Positions 26,134 through 37,018 are shown, numbered from the stretch's first letter. The stretch is DNA of 64,000 nucleotides from Saprolegnia diclina VS20 (GCF_000281045.1 NW_008246069.1:630437-694436), one strand, 5' to 3'. Made by a program: numbers and translations. The notes: a model not told the origin generated them from the letters alone.

Positions 26134-27314
26134 CTAGCTCAAGTACTCGGAGACGGTGTCGCGCACGCCACGAGGCAGTTCGTAGCGCACATAGGCCATG
26201 GCGAGCTCGAGTTTGCGCGCCATGGCGGTCCGATACGTGGTCGACACGTAGTCTAGCAGCCAGGCATAATTACATACGACTCCCAATCTTTCGTAGTCGT
26301 GTACGTGTGAGCGCTTCAAGCACGTCCAAGCGCTTCCAGTCGGTGGCAACTTGGAGCGGTGTGTGCCCCAACTACTTTGCGTGAGGCTAGAGATGAATCG
26401 GCAAAGAGTAACCTCGTCTGCCACGTGTGGGTCCGCGCCCGCTCGCAAGAGGCAAAGCACGACGTCGACGTGCCCATTCCTGCTCGCACAGTGCAGTGGC
26501 GTTTGCTTCTACGCTCGAGACGTGACGAAAATACGAGCGTATTCGTCCGTACCGACGCATCGCAGCTGTCGACACGCGCGCCGTGGGTGAGGAGGAGCTC
26601 GACGGCCAACTGGCGTCCCCAGGTGCAAGCACAGTGCAGCGCGGTTTGGCCCTACGAAGTACGTCCTAGCATCAGCACCGAGCTATGCATATGAAGTTAG
26701 GACCCCGGAGCTCTGTGTTGCATGCACGCTCGCGCCATGTGCCAGCAAAAGCTGCATGGCGTCGAGAGACTGGTGGCGGGCGGCCATGCATAGCGCCTTT
26801 TGACCCTCGGAATCATCGGCATCAACGGCCAGTCCCTTCTCAATCCTAAGCCAAGTCAAGCTTCCGAGAACGAGTTCGCGCCTCAACCATCGAGCGAGGA
26901 CCGTGGTTTGGTTCAAAGAGGCAGCATGGACGAACGCGTCGTGGGTCGTCATGAGTTTGGGCTCGGACGTCGCGAGCATCATTGGCGGCGGTGTCGGTAC
27001 GCGCGGCGCGGCATCGACGACCGTCACCGACGCCTCCATGAACGAGTAGCGGTAGCAGTAGTAGTGGAACGTGCCGGCGGCGTGGAAGACGCGGTGAAAG
27101 CTATGCCCGAGTGCCAGCTCGGGCGAGTCGGCGCTGCCATCGACGCTACGCAACGTCTCGCATCTCTCTGTATGTGCCGCACCATGTACCGGTACCTCGT
27201 GATGGAATGCAGCGGCGCGAGCGGGTTGGCATGCACCCACGTCACGGTGCTGCCAATGGGCACGACGACGTGCGACGGCGCAAAGGCAAACGGACTGATC
27301 TTGACTAGCGCCAT
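26134..27314 (-). CDS. Cupredoxin (plastocyanin/amicyanin-like) domain fused to ankyrin repeats, multi-exon
   Basis: After removing intron 27146-27195: FAFAPSHVVVPIGSTVTWVH...LHSITSVDGSADS...GTFHYYCYRYSFMEASVTV; then ANK motifs GQKALCMAARHQ...LLLAHGASVH, GQTALHCAC...LLLTHGARVD, QTPLHCAS...LLRAGADP. Confidence 0.75.
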
Positions 27315-27361
27315 AGTACGCTATTATAGCACAGAACGTCGAAACGGCGGTGCAATTGTTG

Positions 27362-27655
27362 TTACTCGTTATGGGCAAAGTCCATAAAGGTGCTAAAGAA
27401 GGCCACGATCGCATCCTTGGAGATGGTGCCGTTGGCGTCCGTGTCGAACTCGTTGAAGATCGCATCGAACGCGTCGTCGCTCAAGAGGTCGCCGGGCACG
27501 TCCATCTCCTTGAGCGTCGAGATGAGGAGCTCGCGGGCCTCGTCTCGGTTGAGGAACCCGTTGTTGTTCGGGTCGTACGACTGCCACATCTTGTTTATTG
27601 CGGCGTCCATCGCGGCCGAGAGGTCGACGTAGCACTCGTCGCTACTGTCCGCCAT
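27362..27655 (-). CDS. Small two-EF-hand calcium-binding protein
   Basis: Loops DPNNNGFLNRDE (canonical) and DTDANGTISKDA (position 12 Ala, non-canonical); ATG 27655. Confidence 0.85.
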   Translation of the reverse strand: MADSSDECYVDLSAAMDAAINKMWQSYDPNNNGFLNRDEARELLISTLKEMDVPGDLLSDDAFDAIFNEFDTDANGTISKDAIVAFFSTFMDFAHNE

Positions 27656-28162
27656 GCTTGCGTGTCTTTGCGTCGAATTTCGAAGCCATGGAACTTCGCC
27701 CACGCCCTTCGAGGCGATGGCTGGGGCACCATTCAAGGTGCGATGCATCGGCCGTCAAGCTATCGTGGTGCACGCGACGTCGCTAACGTTACGTTCAGCC
27801 ACCTTGGCCTTGGTCGCTCTGTTGTCGGGCAAGGATATGCACACGCAACTTGGTGCGTCTTTCCGTACCGATCAGGTCGGCTCGGAGTTTTTTTTGCGGC
27901 TCGACCTGGTCAGCGTGCCGGACACCAAAGAACTGGACTCTAGAAGCGTGCTAGGTTTGAGCTACAGCCTCACTTAGTGGGCTTCTGATTGATGACAGCT
28001 CGTGACGAGTCGAAAGTCTCATCGACAACTTTCGCAAGCGGTGGGCGGCACGATCGTACGGCAACGATTTGTGATCTTTTATACCAATGGGCACAGAGCC
28101 AAGCGCGGTGTAGAGATTTGCAATACGCTTCTACTTCAAGTAAAGTCTCTCGTGGCCAAGCA

Positions 28163-28852
28163 CTAGGATGCCGACACGGGTAGCTTGGCCATGCGAACGT
28201 TCTCGAGGATCCAGTCGAGGTTCCCGCTCGGTACGATGTTTGTTCGAAACGTGGCTGTGACAGCGACCTCGACCGTCTTGTCGTCGAGTGTCTTGTTGGT
28301 CTCGCTACTACTCGGTGGGTCTTCTGACAGTGGCTTCATGACGCACACCAGGTCGCTCGCTACCGTGAACTTGAGCACTTCGTCCTCATCAGGCTCTTGC
28401 GTGTACTTGGCCGACACAATCGCACACTTCTTGACGCGCTGTGGCACTGCATATTGCGTCGGCGTCACCGAGTGCGACTTCTTATCGAGCAGCTTTTGGT
28501 ACAGCGGCGGCGCGCACGCGGCCATGAGGAACGCATTGGCCTCCTCGGACGGCGTCGTGCGATCGAGCTGGCACTGGACCATGGACTTGCTAAACATGTG
28601 CTGTACACTTGTATGCACTGCGTGGCGGGCTCCTTCGACGAACTCGCGCAGGTCGACGTCGTGGTCCGAGGTCGGCGAGCATGATGCGAAGACAATGTTG
28701 AGTGACTGGCCGAGCGACGCCGGCGCGATGATGCCATCGGCCAGAAGAGCGTCGACCGTCTTGCCTTGGAAGCGCTTCGCCACGCGCTCGCGCACGCCCA
28801 AGGCGCGCGGGACGCCACCGTTCGTGAGCAACGTCGCTACGGTTCGAAGCAT
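28163..28852 (-). CDS. Hypothetical protein, possibly mitochondrial MAIP1/Tim44-like
   Basis: 229-aa ORF with basic, acid-poor N-terminus (MLRTVATLL...), DLREFVEGARHAV motif and C-terminal F...W; family call is weak. Confidence 0.55.
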   Translation of the reverse strand: MLRTVATLLTNGGVPRALGVRERVAKRFQGKTVDALLADGIIAPASLGQSLNIVFASCSPTSDHDVDLREFVEGARHAVHTSVQHMFSKSMVQCQLDRTTPSEEANAFLMAACAPPLYQKLLDKKSHSVTPTQYAVPQRVKKCAIVSAKYTQEPDEDEVLKFTVASDLVCVMKPLSEDPPSSSETNKTLDDKTVEVAVTATFRTNIVPSGNLDWILENVRMAKLPVSAS

Positions 28853-30115
28853 CGGCGTCGGAAGTTTGTCACCACGCTGTGACGACGGATGAATTCGGAC
28901 ATGTCCTGGTTTCGATGCGACTATTCACACGCAACCCCAGCCAAGAGCTTTGTGAGCCCGTCGAAAGCCAAGGCGATCCAAGGGCGTGGTGCAAGCTTAA
29001 ATCGTGCTGCTGTGTGGATGCGCTGTGGACAAAGCGCGGCGCTGGATTGCGCTATCTGTATGTATCGGTAGTAACAAGATCCTGAAGTCGATGGGTGTGG
29101 CAACCCGCCAACTGCGTCGCTTGCCTGCACGGCGTCGTCCGATAATGTGTCATCACCAAGTGTGCCACGGTACCATTCTGCAGGCGGGCCGCCGCCATGT
29201 AGTCGACGGGATCGCGCTTGGCTACCCAATTATGTACAGTGCATTGACGGTACCTGAAATAAAGAAGCTGCAGCGTAGCTTCGCTCCACGAACTCCCTTT
29301 CTATGCAGGTTTGCAAATTGAAAGAAGACACCCGAGCAGCTCGATCGTGTCCCAGCTTGAACTTGCCTCCACGTCGCTCTGTTGTCCGTTATAACACAAA
29401 AACGCGCCGCATCAATCGCGTTGTGGGTGCGGCTACCCGCACGCAATTCCTCGCCCCGACGTGCTACGGCGGCGTTGATACTTACCAAGCGATCACCCCA
29501 TCGGAGATTGCCATGGCATACGGCACACTGCAAGCAGGAGACGACTGGCCTTGCCGTCAAACACACATTTCTTGAGCACCCCTTTGTCCATCCCTTGTTG
29601 AGGTGCGTGCTACAAGTCGAATCCTTTTTTTACCGACCGCCAACATGTGTTATAACGTGAAGACCGCCGCGCCACTCTAGCACGGCAAAGCAAACCACCT
29701 CTGAAGACACGTCTCGGATAGCTTCTTCAACGCCGCTCGCTTTCTCTTGGGACGATGTCTTGGGCGCCTCGAGGAGTCTTGGGTGGTGGGCGATAGCTAT
29801 GGACGATCGCAGAGATCTCCATCCATTCGGCCCAATTGGGACTTGTCCTAGCCTTCCAAATGGCTAATTCCACGCAGTTTCGCCGCGGTCTGGGCTGCGA
29901 TGCGTGCAGCGTGGCCCGCCATGCGCCCGATCCGTGCGCCGCAGTGTCTGCAACGTTCTGTAATCAAGATCGTGGGCGCAACGCACTACCGTGGACGTCA
30001 ACGCGCCGTCGCCAACTGTGGTCGCACGAGCTTCAATGTGGTGCAACCAGACAGGCCGAATATCGGAACCTTGTTTGCCCATTCCCAGATAGTGTTCCCA
30101 GAACGAACGAGCAGG

Positions 30116-30955
30116 ATGAAGGCGGCAGCAGTGTCTTTGGCGGCCGTCGCCGGGCTCTGCTACGTGTGCTACAACTACTCTTCGAAGCGGTGTCACGGCG
30201 TGAGTTCGCGCCGGATCAGTGTCGCCGAGCTTCGGTCGCAGCCCACGTGGGTGTCGCTCTGCGGCGTCGTCTTTGACACGGCCAGCCTCGACGGCTTCGT
30301 CGGCGCGGACGGAACGTTTGGCGACATTGGCGGGCATGACGCGACGCTGGTGTTTTCCGGTTGCCTGCGCACCACGGATAATGCGAATGCGCGTCAACGA
30401 AACGTGGCAGGTGATATTGAGGCCACACTCGACAAAGAAGTTGACAAAGACACGCTCTCAGCTGCCCAAGTAGCTACGCTCTGCTCCTGGCTCGCAACGT
30501 TCGGACTGCAGTTTCCAATTGTTGGGATCATGGCCGATATGTACCGCGATGCGAAATGGACTTCTACCGTGCGCACGGTCCTCGACAAATCTTCGACTTC
30601 GCCCCAAGGCAGCGACGGCGCGCCCAAGTGCCCACTGGGCTTCGGCGCCAAACGACCCTTCCCCGTCACGCTGCGCCCGTGCCTCACGACGCAGAACGGG
30701 CCATGGATTATCTTCAACGGCACGCGCTACGACGTCTCGAACGCTGCGCTCTTTGACGCCTCGTCCCCCTTCCACGTCTACATTGGCCACGACATAACGG
30801 TCGCGCTCGCGCTGGGATCGCTGGACCCCAAGGACTTTGACCAGCCACTCACGCCCGACACCAACCTCACGTACGCGCAGCAAAAGCTCCTCGCGCAGTA
30901 TCAGAACGCCTTCTCGTCGACGCTCGCCGTCATTAGCTCGTCGCCGTCGTCGTAA
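30116..30955 (+). CDS. Membrane-anchored protein with two cytochrome b5-like heme/steroid-binding (MAPR-type) domains
   Basis: N-terminal anchor AAVSLAAVAGLCYVCY; WVSLCGVVFD...GGHDAT...W...F.IVG; second domain WIIFNGTRYDVS...IGHDITVALA. Confidence 0.75.
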   Translation: MKAAAVSLAAVAGLCYVCYNYSSKRCHGVSSRRISVAELRSQPTWVSLCGVVFDTASLDGFVGADGTFGDIGGHDATLVFSGCLRTTDNANARQRNVAGDIEATLDKEVDKDTLSAAQVATLCSWLATFGLQFPIVGIMADMYRDAKWTSTVRTVLDKSSTSPQGSDGAPKCPLGFGAKRPFPVTLRPCLTTQNGPWIIFNGTRYDVSNAALFDASSPFHVYIGHDITVALALGSLDPKDFDQPLTPDTNLTYAQQKLLAQYQNAFSSTLAVISSSPSS

Positions 30956-32373
30956 CCTCGACGCCTCCGTCCAAGGAAGACGGCTCTATAATATGAACAA
31001 TTAATTAATTAAGTCTAGTGAATATGTACACCACAACTTCGGGGCACGGTGTCGACGACTGGTCTGCGTCCTTGGTGGCACAAAGACGGCCGGACTTGGC
31101 ATAAAAGCGTGCTCCGCTCTTAGAACGGACAACCTGGGCCACTGGGAAGAGTGGGCCATCCATTCGATAGCACGCGAGCTGCTTATCCTTAGCCCGCTCG
31201 CCAAAGAGAAGGAAAGGCAGCCACCCAGATCCGGTGCTACTACTTCACAGCCCAACTCAGGCCTGTTTGCATTGCGGGAAGCACCCATGCTATCGGGTAT
31301 CGCGACATGTGCGACGGACACCATTTTTCTGCTCTCATTTGCACGTCGTTGTTTTGGGCCCGCGTCGTCGTCGAGAACGATGGGATCAAGAGCTCGGTGG
31401 AGGCCCAATGATCCAGAAGCTTCACCAATGAGCTGGGCTCGTGCCGTCAGCTTGCCATGCTCCGAATCCTCCCAGGTACTTTGGAATGCACACGACCGCA
31501 CAAGCAAAGCAAAAAGATACGCCGTGGCTGGTGCCCACGGCGTTGAAGATGCGGCCATTCAGACCCTCTGGACCAAGCTGCGAGCGCACCTGATCGTCAT
31601 GCTCCTACGCGACGTTTCGCACTGGATCCTTGACGTGGGCTGCTGCTGCTGCTGCTGCAACTTGCAGCGAGGGCACTCCAGCGCACGGCTGTAGACTGCA
31701 TGTACCGTACGGGCACAGTACTCGTCGTGTACCATGTACGACAACGTACGGTCCGCAAGACAAGTTGCGTTTGGGAAACTTGTAGTCTGTTGTTTGTGCA
31801 CAGTGTCGTCGATCGACCTGGCCTCCGTGGTTGACGGCTTGGACCTACGACACGTGCATACGCAGCAACTCGACAATGGCGGTCCAAGCATAAGCGCAGG
31901 CCAGACCCTTTCCAAAACAGCCCCAAAGACCTTAATATCTGAGACTACTTTGAAGCAGCCGCCGCGAGCTTCCTTGTGTCCTTGAAGCGAGTTAGAGGAC
32001 TATGGTAATTTCGTTTACTGGCCACCCGACGCCTTCTTGCCACCTCTGTGGTCCTCCAGCATTGCGTCAGATCGATGCCACACCGCTCGAATCAAAGTCA
32101 CTGCACTTTATCCATCAGTCGTCGTGACAGCCAGCATGACGAACTGTAGCCTGGGATCCTCGCAGGTCTTTTCCAAGCGGCGAGCAAGTGCTTCGCCGCG
32201 CTGCGCTGCTGCGCGATGCAAGAAGATCGTCGCGAGCGCACACTAAACGGAGGTGCCACCGATGACCATAGCGCCGCTAACGTATGCGCCCAAACTTCAA
32301 CTTTTGCGTCTTTTTGCGTCCAAGTTCGTCATCAACGAGGCTGTAGAATCAACAAGAAAGCTGGTCGAGCAAC

Positions 32374-32949
32374 ATGCCTCTGCAGCACCAGCTCAGCGGC
32401 CTCGCGTCTTGGTCCAAGCACGCGAACGCGCTCAACCACATCGACCACGTGACGCTCAAGCGGCCGGCGTGCGCTGGCAAGGTGGCGCCGACGCTGGTGC
32501 TACTGCCCTGCCCCGGCGTTGTTGTCGAGTACGCGCTGCACGTGTGTCTCCGCACGTCGCTCGCGCACCTCGCGGTCGCCAGCGCCAAGCCAACGAGTCG
32601 CGGCGCCCGGCGGTCCCGCGTCGACGCATACGCGGTCACGGAGTACATCGTGCACCGGCGCTTCTCCGAGTTCTTCAAACTCTGCGCCGAGCTCACGCGC
32701 GTTGTCTTGGCGTGCGGAAGCAGCTGCGTCTACTGCTACCAAGTGCTCTCGGTTCTCGACGACACGCTGTTTCCGCACCGAGGACCGTACTGGGTCACGC
32801 TGCGCCAGGCCCAGCTCGAGGCGTGGCTCACGACGATTATCTCGGTGGCGCGGGCGCATCCTGGACAGTTTGAGTCGCGCTGCCACGGCTTCTGCACTGT
32901 GATGCGACTGCTGGTCACCTTTTTAGAAATCCCCGACGTCGTCGTCTAG
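32374..32949 (+). CDS. Divergent PX-like domain protein
   Basis: VEYAL...YIVHRRFSEFFKL, FP, RQAQLEAWL, FLE. Confidence 0.65.
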   Translation: MPLQHQLSGLASWSKHANALNHIDHVTLKRPACAGKVAPTLVLLPCPGVVVEYALHVCLRTSLAHLAVASAKPTSRGARRSRVDAYAVTEYIVHRRFSEFFKLCAELTRVVLACGSSCVYCYQVLSVLDDTLFPHRGPYWVTLRQAQLEAWLTTIISVARAHPGQFESRCHGFCTVMRLLVTFLEIPDVVV

Positions 32950-33049
32950 TCGTAGTACAAGAACCAGTTGAAATATCCCGCATCCATTCTTAAGCACGTT
33001 GTCCATTCATTCATTATCTAGTCGTTGTCGCTACTCAAGCCAGCTTTGA

Positions 33050-34351
33050 TTACGCCGTCGCCGTCGCTTCGGCGATCGACGGTAGCCGCGTCGATCGCGT
33101 CACGATTTCGGGCTCGGCGGTTTTCGCGGCCGCGACAAGTGCCTCGGTGGTCACCGCGGCTGTCGCTGTCGCCGCCGCCACAAAGATCTTTTCTTCATGC
33201 GTCTCTTCGTGCTTGGGCTCGACCGGGGGACTGCCCTTTGCCTCGACCTCCGCTGACGGCGCACCCACCATAGGTGTCGACGGGCGACCCGGTGCATCGT
33301 CCTGGGGCGTCATGGCCGTCGGAAGGTAGCTCACGATCCACTCGTATACGGCGGTATTCACCTCTGGCGCATCACCGCCGAGGCTGTTGTAGAGCTCCTT
33401 GAACTCGGTCACGGTCTTGTCTTTGGCACCGATCTGGCGCACGAAGCGGTCGGCTTTGATGCGCGGCTTTTTGGCGTCGGCCTTGCCGTTGAGGATGAGC
33501 ACGGGCAGCTTCAAGCTCGTCTTGCGGTGGTCAAGCTCCCGCGCCGCGTTCAAGTGCATGTCGTCCGTCTCGAAATCCTCGTCCGTCTCGCCGGGCGACG
33601 TCGTCGGGTCGCTAATGAACGAAAAGTTGTTGCCCATGTGGTCGAGTTGCTTGGGCATCACTACAAGAGACACTAATTAGTAAACGGAGTGTCGTATCCC
33701 GGACGTACGCTTTTGGCGGAACATGGCAAACGACGGCCGGCGGGGCATGAGCGCACGCACCTTCTCGAGATTGGCCGACAAGTTGGTCGTGATCGACTCG
33801 AGGTACCCAATCGGGCCCGAGAGGTCGGGCGACGTCATGATGAGCCCGCGCCACGGAAACCCTGCTTCGATCGCCGTGTGCGCGGCCATAAGCCCGCCAT
33901 AGAAGACGCCGCAGAGAAAGTAGTCGACGTCGGCGTCGCCCAGCCGGCGCGCAATGCCCCGTACAAAGTGGTGGACGTCGTCAACGTACTTTTGGACACA
34001 GCAGGCGCTGGGTGCTGGGCGCTCGGCGGCGTTGGCTGAGATGCGCTCGACGTTGAGCTCGGGGTTCGGGTGCTTGTAGAGCGAGTTGTCGACGAGTGTG
34101 TCGTCAATGACCGGGCTCTGTTCGAGAGCGAAGACTGCGATCTGGTGGCTGGCGAGGAACTTGAAGAGACTCGCATACCGGCCGCAGCTCTCGCCGGTCG
34201 ACGGGAGGAAGACGACGACGGCGCGCGGCGACTGGGGCACGAACGAGACGCTGTGCAGGTGCTGGTGGCGGCCGTTCACGACGACCGCGCTGCCCTGCGA
34301 GAACGTGGCCTTCCGCGTCGTCGTCTCCATATCTGGTTCTGGCACAATCAT
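33050..34351 (-). CDS. Alpha/beta hydrolase of monoglyceride-lipase type, catalytically degenerate; intron 33661-33708
   Basis: PRAVVVFLP..GE...RY...LA...IAVFA, YVDDV, YFLCGVFYGGL, GLIMTSP, LPVLILNG.AD; Ala/Thr/Glu-rich tail. Confidence 0.75.
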
Positions 34352-35140
34352 CCGACCGACCAACTGGCTGCAGCTGGCAGATGATTGGCATGCTTTTTTG
34401 CACGTCCATACCGCGCCACATACAATTAAATACGTGTTTTACCTAAAAAGCTTGCTTTTTGTATCCAATAGTAAAAATCATGCACATATCATTTGCTACC
34501 CAAGGGCAATGGTGAGAATTATAATACAGTCTGTAACACGAGCAAGCCAGTGTTAAGATAGGCGGAAACTGTGTTATGTGGACACTATTGTCTTGTATTT
34601 GCCCTATCCTTTTGATTATTTAAGGAAACCATATGCACGGTTAGAAAATAGCCGTGTTAGCCAAAGACCAAAGACGGGAGTGTTGTCAGCGATCAACCGC
34701 CTTCGGTGTGGAGGAGGACAGCTGTGGTTCAGCAAAGACCGGTGGCATATGTGTCGAAGTTGCTATTTCTCCAGCCTCATTGCGCTTCGCAGCGACGACG
34801 GAGATGCCGACGAGGCCCACGCACAGGATGAGATCCGCGGGGCCTTCTGCGAACCAAGCTGGGGGCAAAGACTCGCTGCGATTGGCGCCAAGTACTGTTC
34901 GTGCCGTCGAGTCCTTTTCGCGGCGCCAAGAACGCGTGCAATGCTTCTGACGTGGCTGGCGATATGCGCTCGCAACAGCAGGTCAAGCTACTCGAAAGCT
35001 TCGATTTGGTCGTTTTGCAATGCTGATCGCAGGCGACGCGTTGGGTGAAGTTCTGACGTGAGTCCTGTCGAACTGGCGCGACCGAGACCGGCAGTAACAC
35101 ACCGACGCCGCTACTACCACAATTGCATTTCACTTTGACA

Positions 35141-35890
35141 ATGGGCAGCGACAACGCCGAGGACGACTTTGAAGACGACGACGAAGTGAGCTACGACGCC
35201 GACAGCTACATCTCTCGCCCCGGCAGCGAAAGCACACTCGAAATCGAGCGCAGCCGCCTCACGCGCAGTAGAACGTCGTCGCAAGACTCGACAGACTACG
35301 TCATGCGAACGCACGTGCCTCTGTGGTGCAAGCAGGCGCGGGCACTCGGGTACCTCCAGTCCGTGGCGATCTCGACGATCGCGCTCGAGCCTGGGCAAAG
35401 AGCGCGGTCGACGGTCTATTACATTCTCGACGTCTTCTACGCGCTGCCGCAGCTGGGCTCGGTGGGATCCTTCCAGCAGTGCGTCGCGCCCCAGTACCAG
35501 CTCCGCCGACGCTATAGCGACTGCTTTGGCTTGCGACGACGCTTGCTCGAGATCACTGCATCAAGCGACCATCGCCACGTGTGCGACTACTGCAAGGACC
35601 TGCATCGCGCTCTCAAAGCGACGCGGTTTCCCAGCCGATGGCCACGCGCGTGGGACACTGTCTCGTGCTGGCACACGACCCTCATCCGAAAGCGCCAAGC
35701 TGGTACGTATTTGCGCTCTCGGGTAGGTGATCTTACGCTGTGCGTAGGTTTGCAAAGCTGGCTGAATCGACTGCTGCTGGCGACGCACAAGACCGTGACG
35801 CCGGTCGGGACGTGCGAGGCGTCGCTGCTCGTGCTGCATGAGCTCTCGTTGTTCTTCCTCGAGTCGCCGCCGACCGACTCGGACCGATAG
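35141..35890 (+). CDS. Divergent PX-like domain protein; probable in-frame intron 35703-35747
   Basis: VYYILDV...YQLRRRYSDCFGLR, HVCDYC, FPSR, RQAGLQSWL, FFLE. Confidence 0.7.
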   Translation: MGSDNAEDDFEDDDEVSYDADSYISRPGSESTLEIERSRLTRSRTSSQDSTDYVMRTHVPLWCKQARALGYLQSVAISTIALEPGQRARSTVYYILDVFYALPQLGSVGSFQQCVAPQYQLRRRYSDCFGLRRRLLEITASSDHRHVCDYCKDLHRALKATRFPSRWPRAWDTVSCWHTTLIRKRQAGTYLRSRVGDLTLCVGLQSWLNRLLLATHKTVTPVGTCEASLLVLHELSLFFLESPPTDSDR

Positions 35891-36238
35891 AAAGTGACGG
35901 TCACCATAATGTATTTTCCATGGCAAGGCGTTTGCTCTTCGTGCTCTGCCTTTGGTGCGAGGGAATTTTCCTCATGATCCTTCTGGACGCTTGCCTACCA
36001 CCTGACACCGGTCACGTCGCATGGCGTCCTCGGGACAGAGCCGCGATCAGTCGCGCGTGCTGGCATGATGCGGCTAAATTGCGCGACTACGAGTTGGGTC
36101 GTCTTACGTGGGCGCAGAATGTGCAAGTTGCTGGAAGATCTCAAACCCAGTTCTGTGTGCAACTTCAAGTTGAAAAACAGCCAATCACAGTCCAACTAGC
36201 GGCGGATTGGCGAAAACACTTGGACGCTGGCAAGAACG

Positions 36239-37018
36239 ATGACGACGTCCCTGAGCCTCCGCGCGATGGGCTTTTGCGGCGCAGACGACTCGGTGCACCC
36301 GAAGCTCCTCCAGACGCTCTCATTGCACTACCCGTGGATCGAGTGGGGCGTGCTCTTCCGCCCCGACCTCGAAGGCAGCCCGCGCTATGCGACCAGCAGC
36401 TGGGTGCACCAGCTTGCAGCGTGCGCCCGAGCGACGCCAATGAAGCTAGCGGGCCATCTCTGCGGGTCGCGCTGCCAAGCCATCTTGGGAGGCGATGCGT
36501 CCTTCGTCGAGGAGCTCTACGCCTTGGGCTTCCACCGCGTGCAAGTGAACGCCACCGCTGCCAACCGCGTGCTTGTCGAGGCCGGTCGCATGGACGAGTA
36601 CGGCGCCAACATTCGCCGCTGCATGGCGCGCGTGCCGCAGGTCGAGTGGATTATCCAATGCAACACCGAGACCAAGGCTATTTGGGAACCGCTCGTTGCG
36701 GCGCCGCCCGCCAACATGAGCCTCCTCTTTGATGCGTCGTGCGGCCTTGGCGTGCCCATGACGGACTTTCCCAAGCCACTGTCCAACATTCCATGCGGGT
36801 ACGCTGGCGGCATTGGCCCCAACAACATCCGCAGCATGCTCGAGCGCGTTCAGGCAGCGTCGGGCGGTGCGCCCGTCTGGATCGACATGGAGTCGAGCCT
36901 GCGGCTCAAGGCGCTCGAGACGCCCGAGTGCGTCACCGACGTCTTCTCGATCGAAAAGTGCTTCGTGTGCGCCGACATTGGCGTGACAGCGTTTGGTCTT
37001 GCGCTTGAGCACATGTAA
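36239..37018 (+). CDS. Phosphoribosylanthranilate-isomerase (TrpF)-like TIM-barrel protein of unknown function
   Basis: Intronless 259 aa; GFCGAD, IEWGVLF, AGHLCG, RVQVN, LLFDASCGLG, GYAGGIGPNNI, WIDMESSLR. Confidence 0.75.
   Translation: MTTSLSLRAMGFCGADDSVHPKLLQTLSLHYPWIEWGVLFRPDLEGSPRYATSSWVHQLAACARATPMKLAGHLCGSRCQAILGGDASFVEELYALGFHRVQVNATAANRVLVEAGRMDEYGANIRRCMARVPQVEWIIQCNTETKAIWEPLVAAPPANMSLLFDASCGLGVPMTDFPKPLSNIPCGYAGGIGPNNIRSMLERVQAASGGAPVWIDMESSLRLKALETPECVTDVFSIEKCFVCADIGVTAFGLALEHM

Noticed and set aside
27321..27365. Splice that could fuse the EF-hand ORF to the cupredoxin-ANK ORF
   Set aside because: Both candidate acceptors give frames that differ from the cupredoxin frame
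28900..29800. Short ORFs in an intergenic stretch
   Set aside because: No coherent frame or motif
31001..31930. Minus-strand ORF pieces with a short CAG/CTG run near 31640-31658
   Set aside because: Possibly a degraded gene, but no assignable product; the repeat is too short to matter
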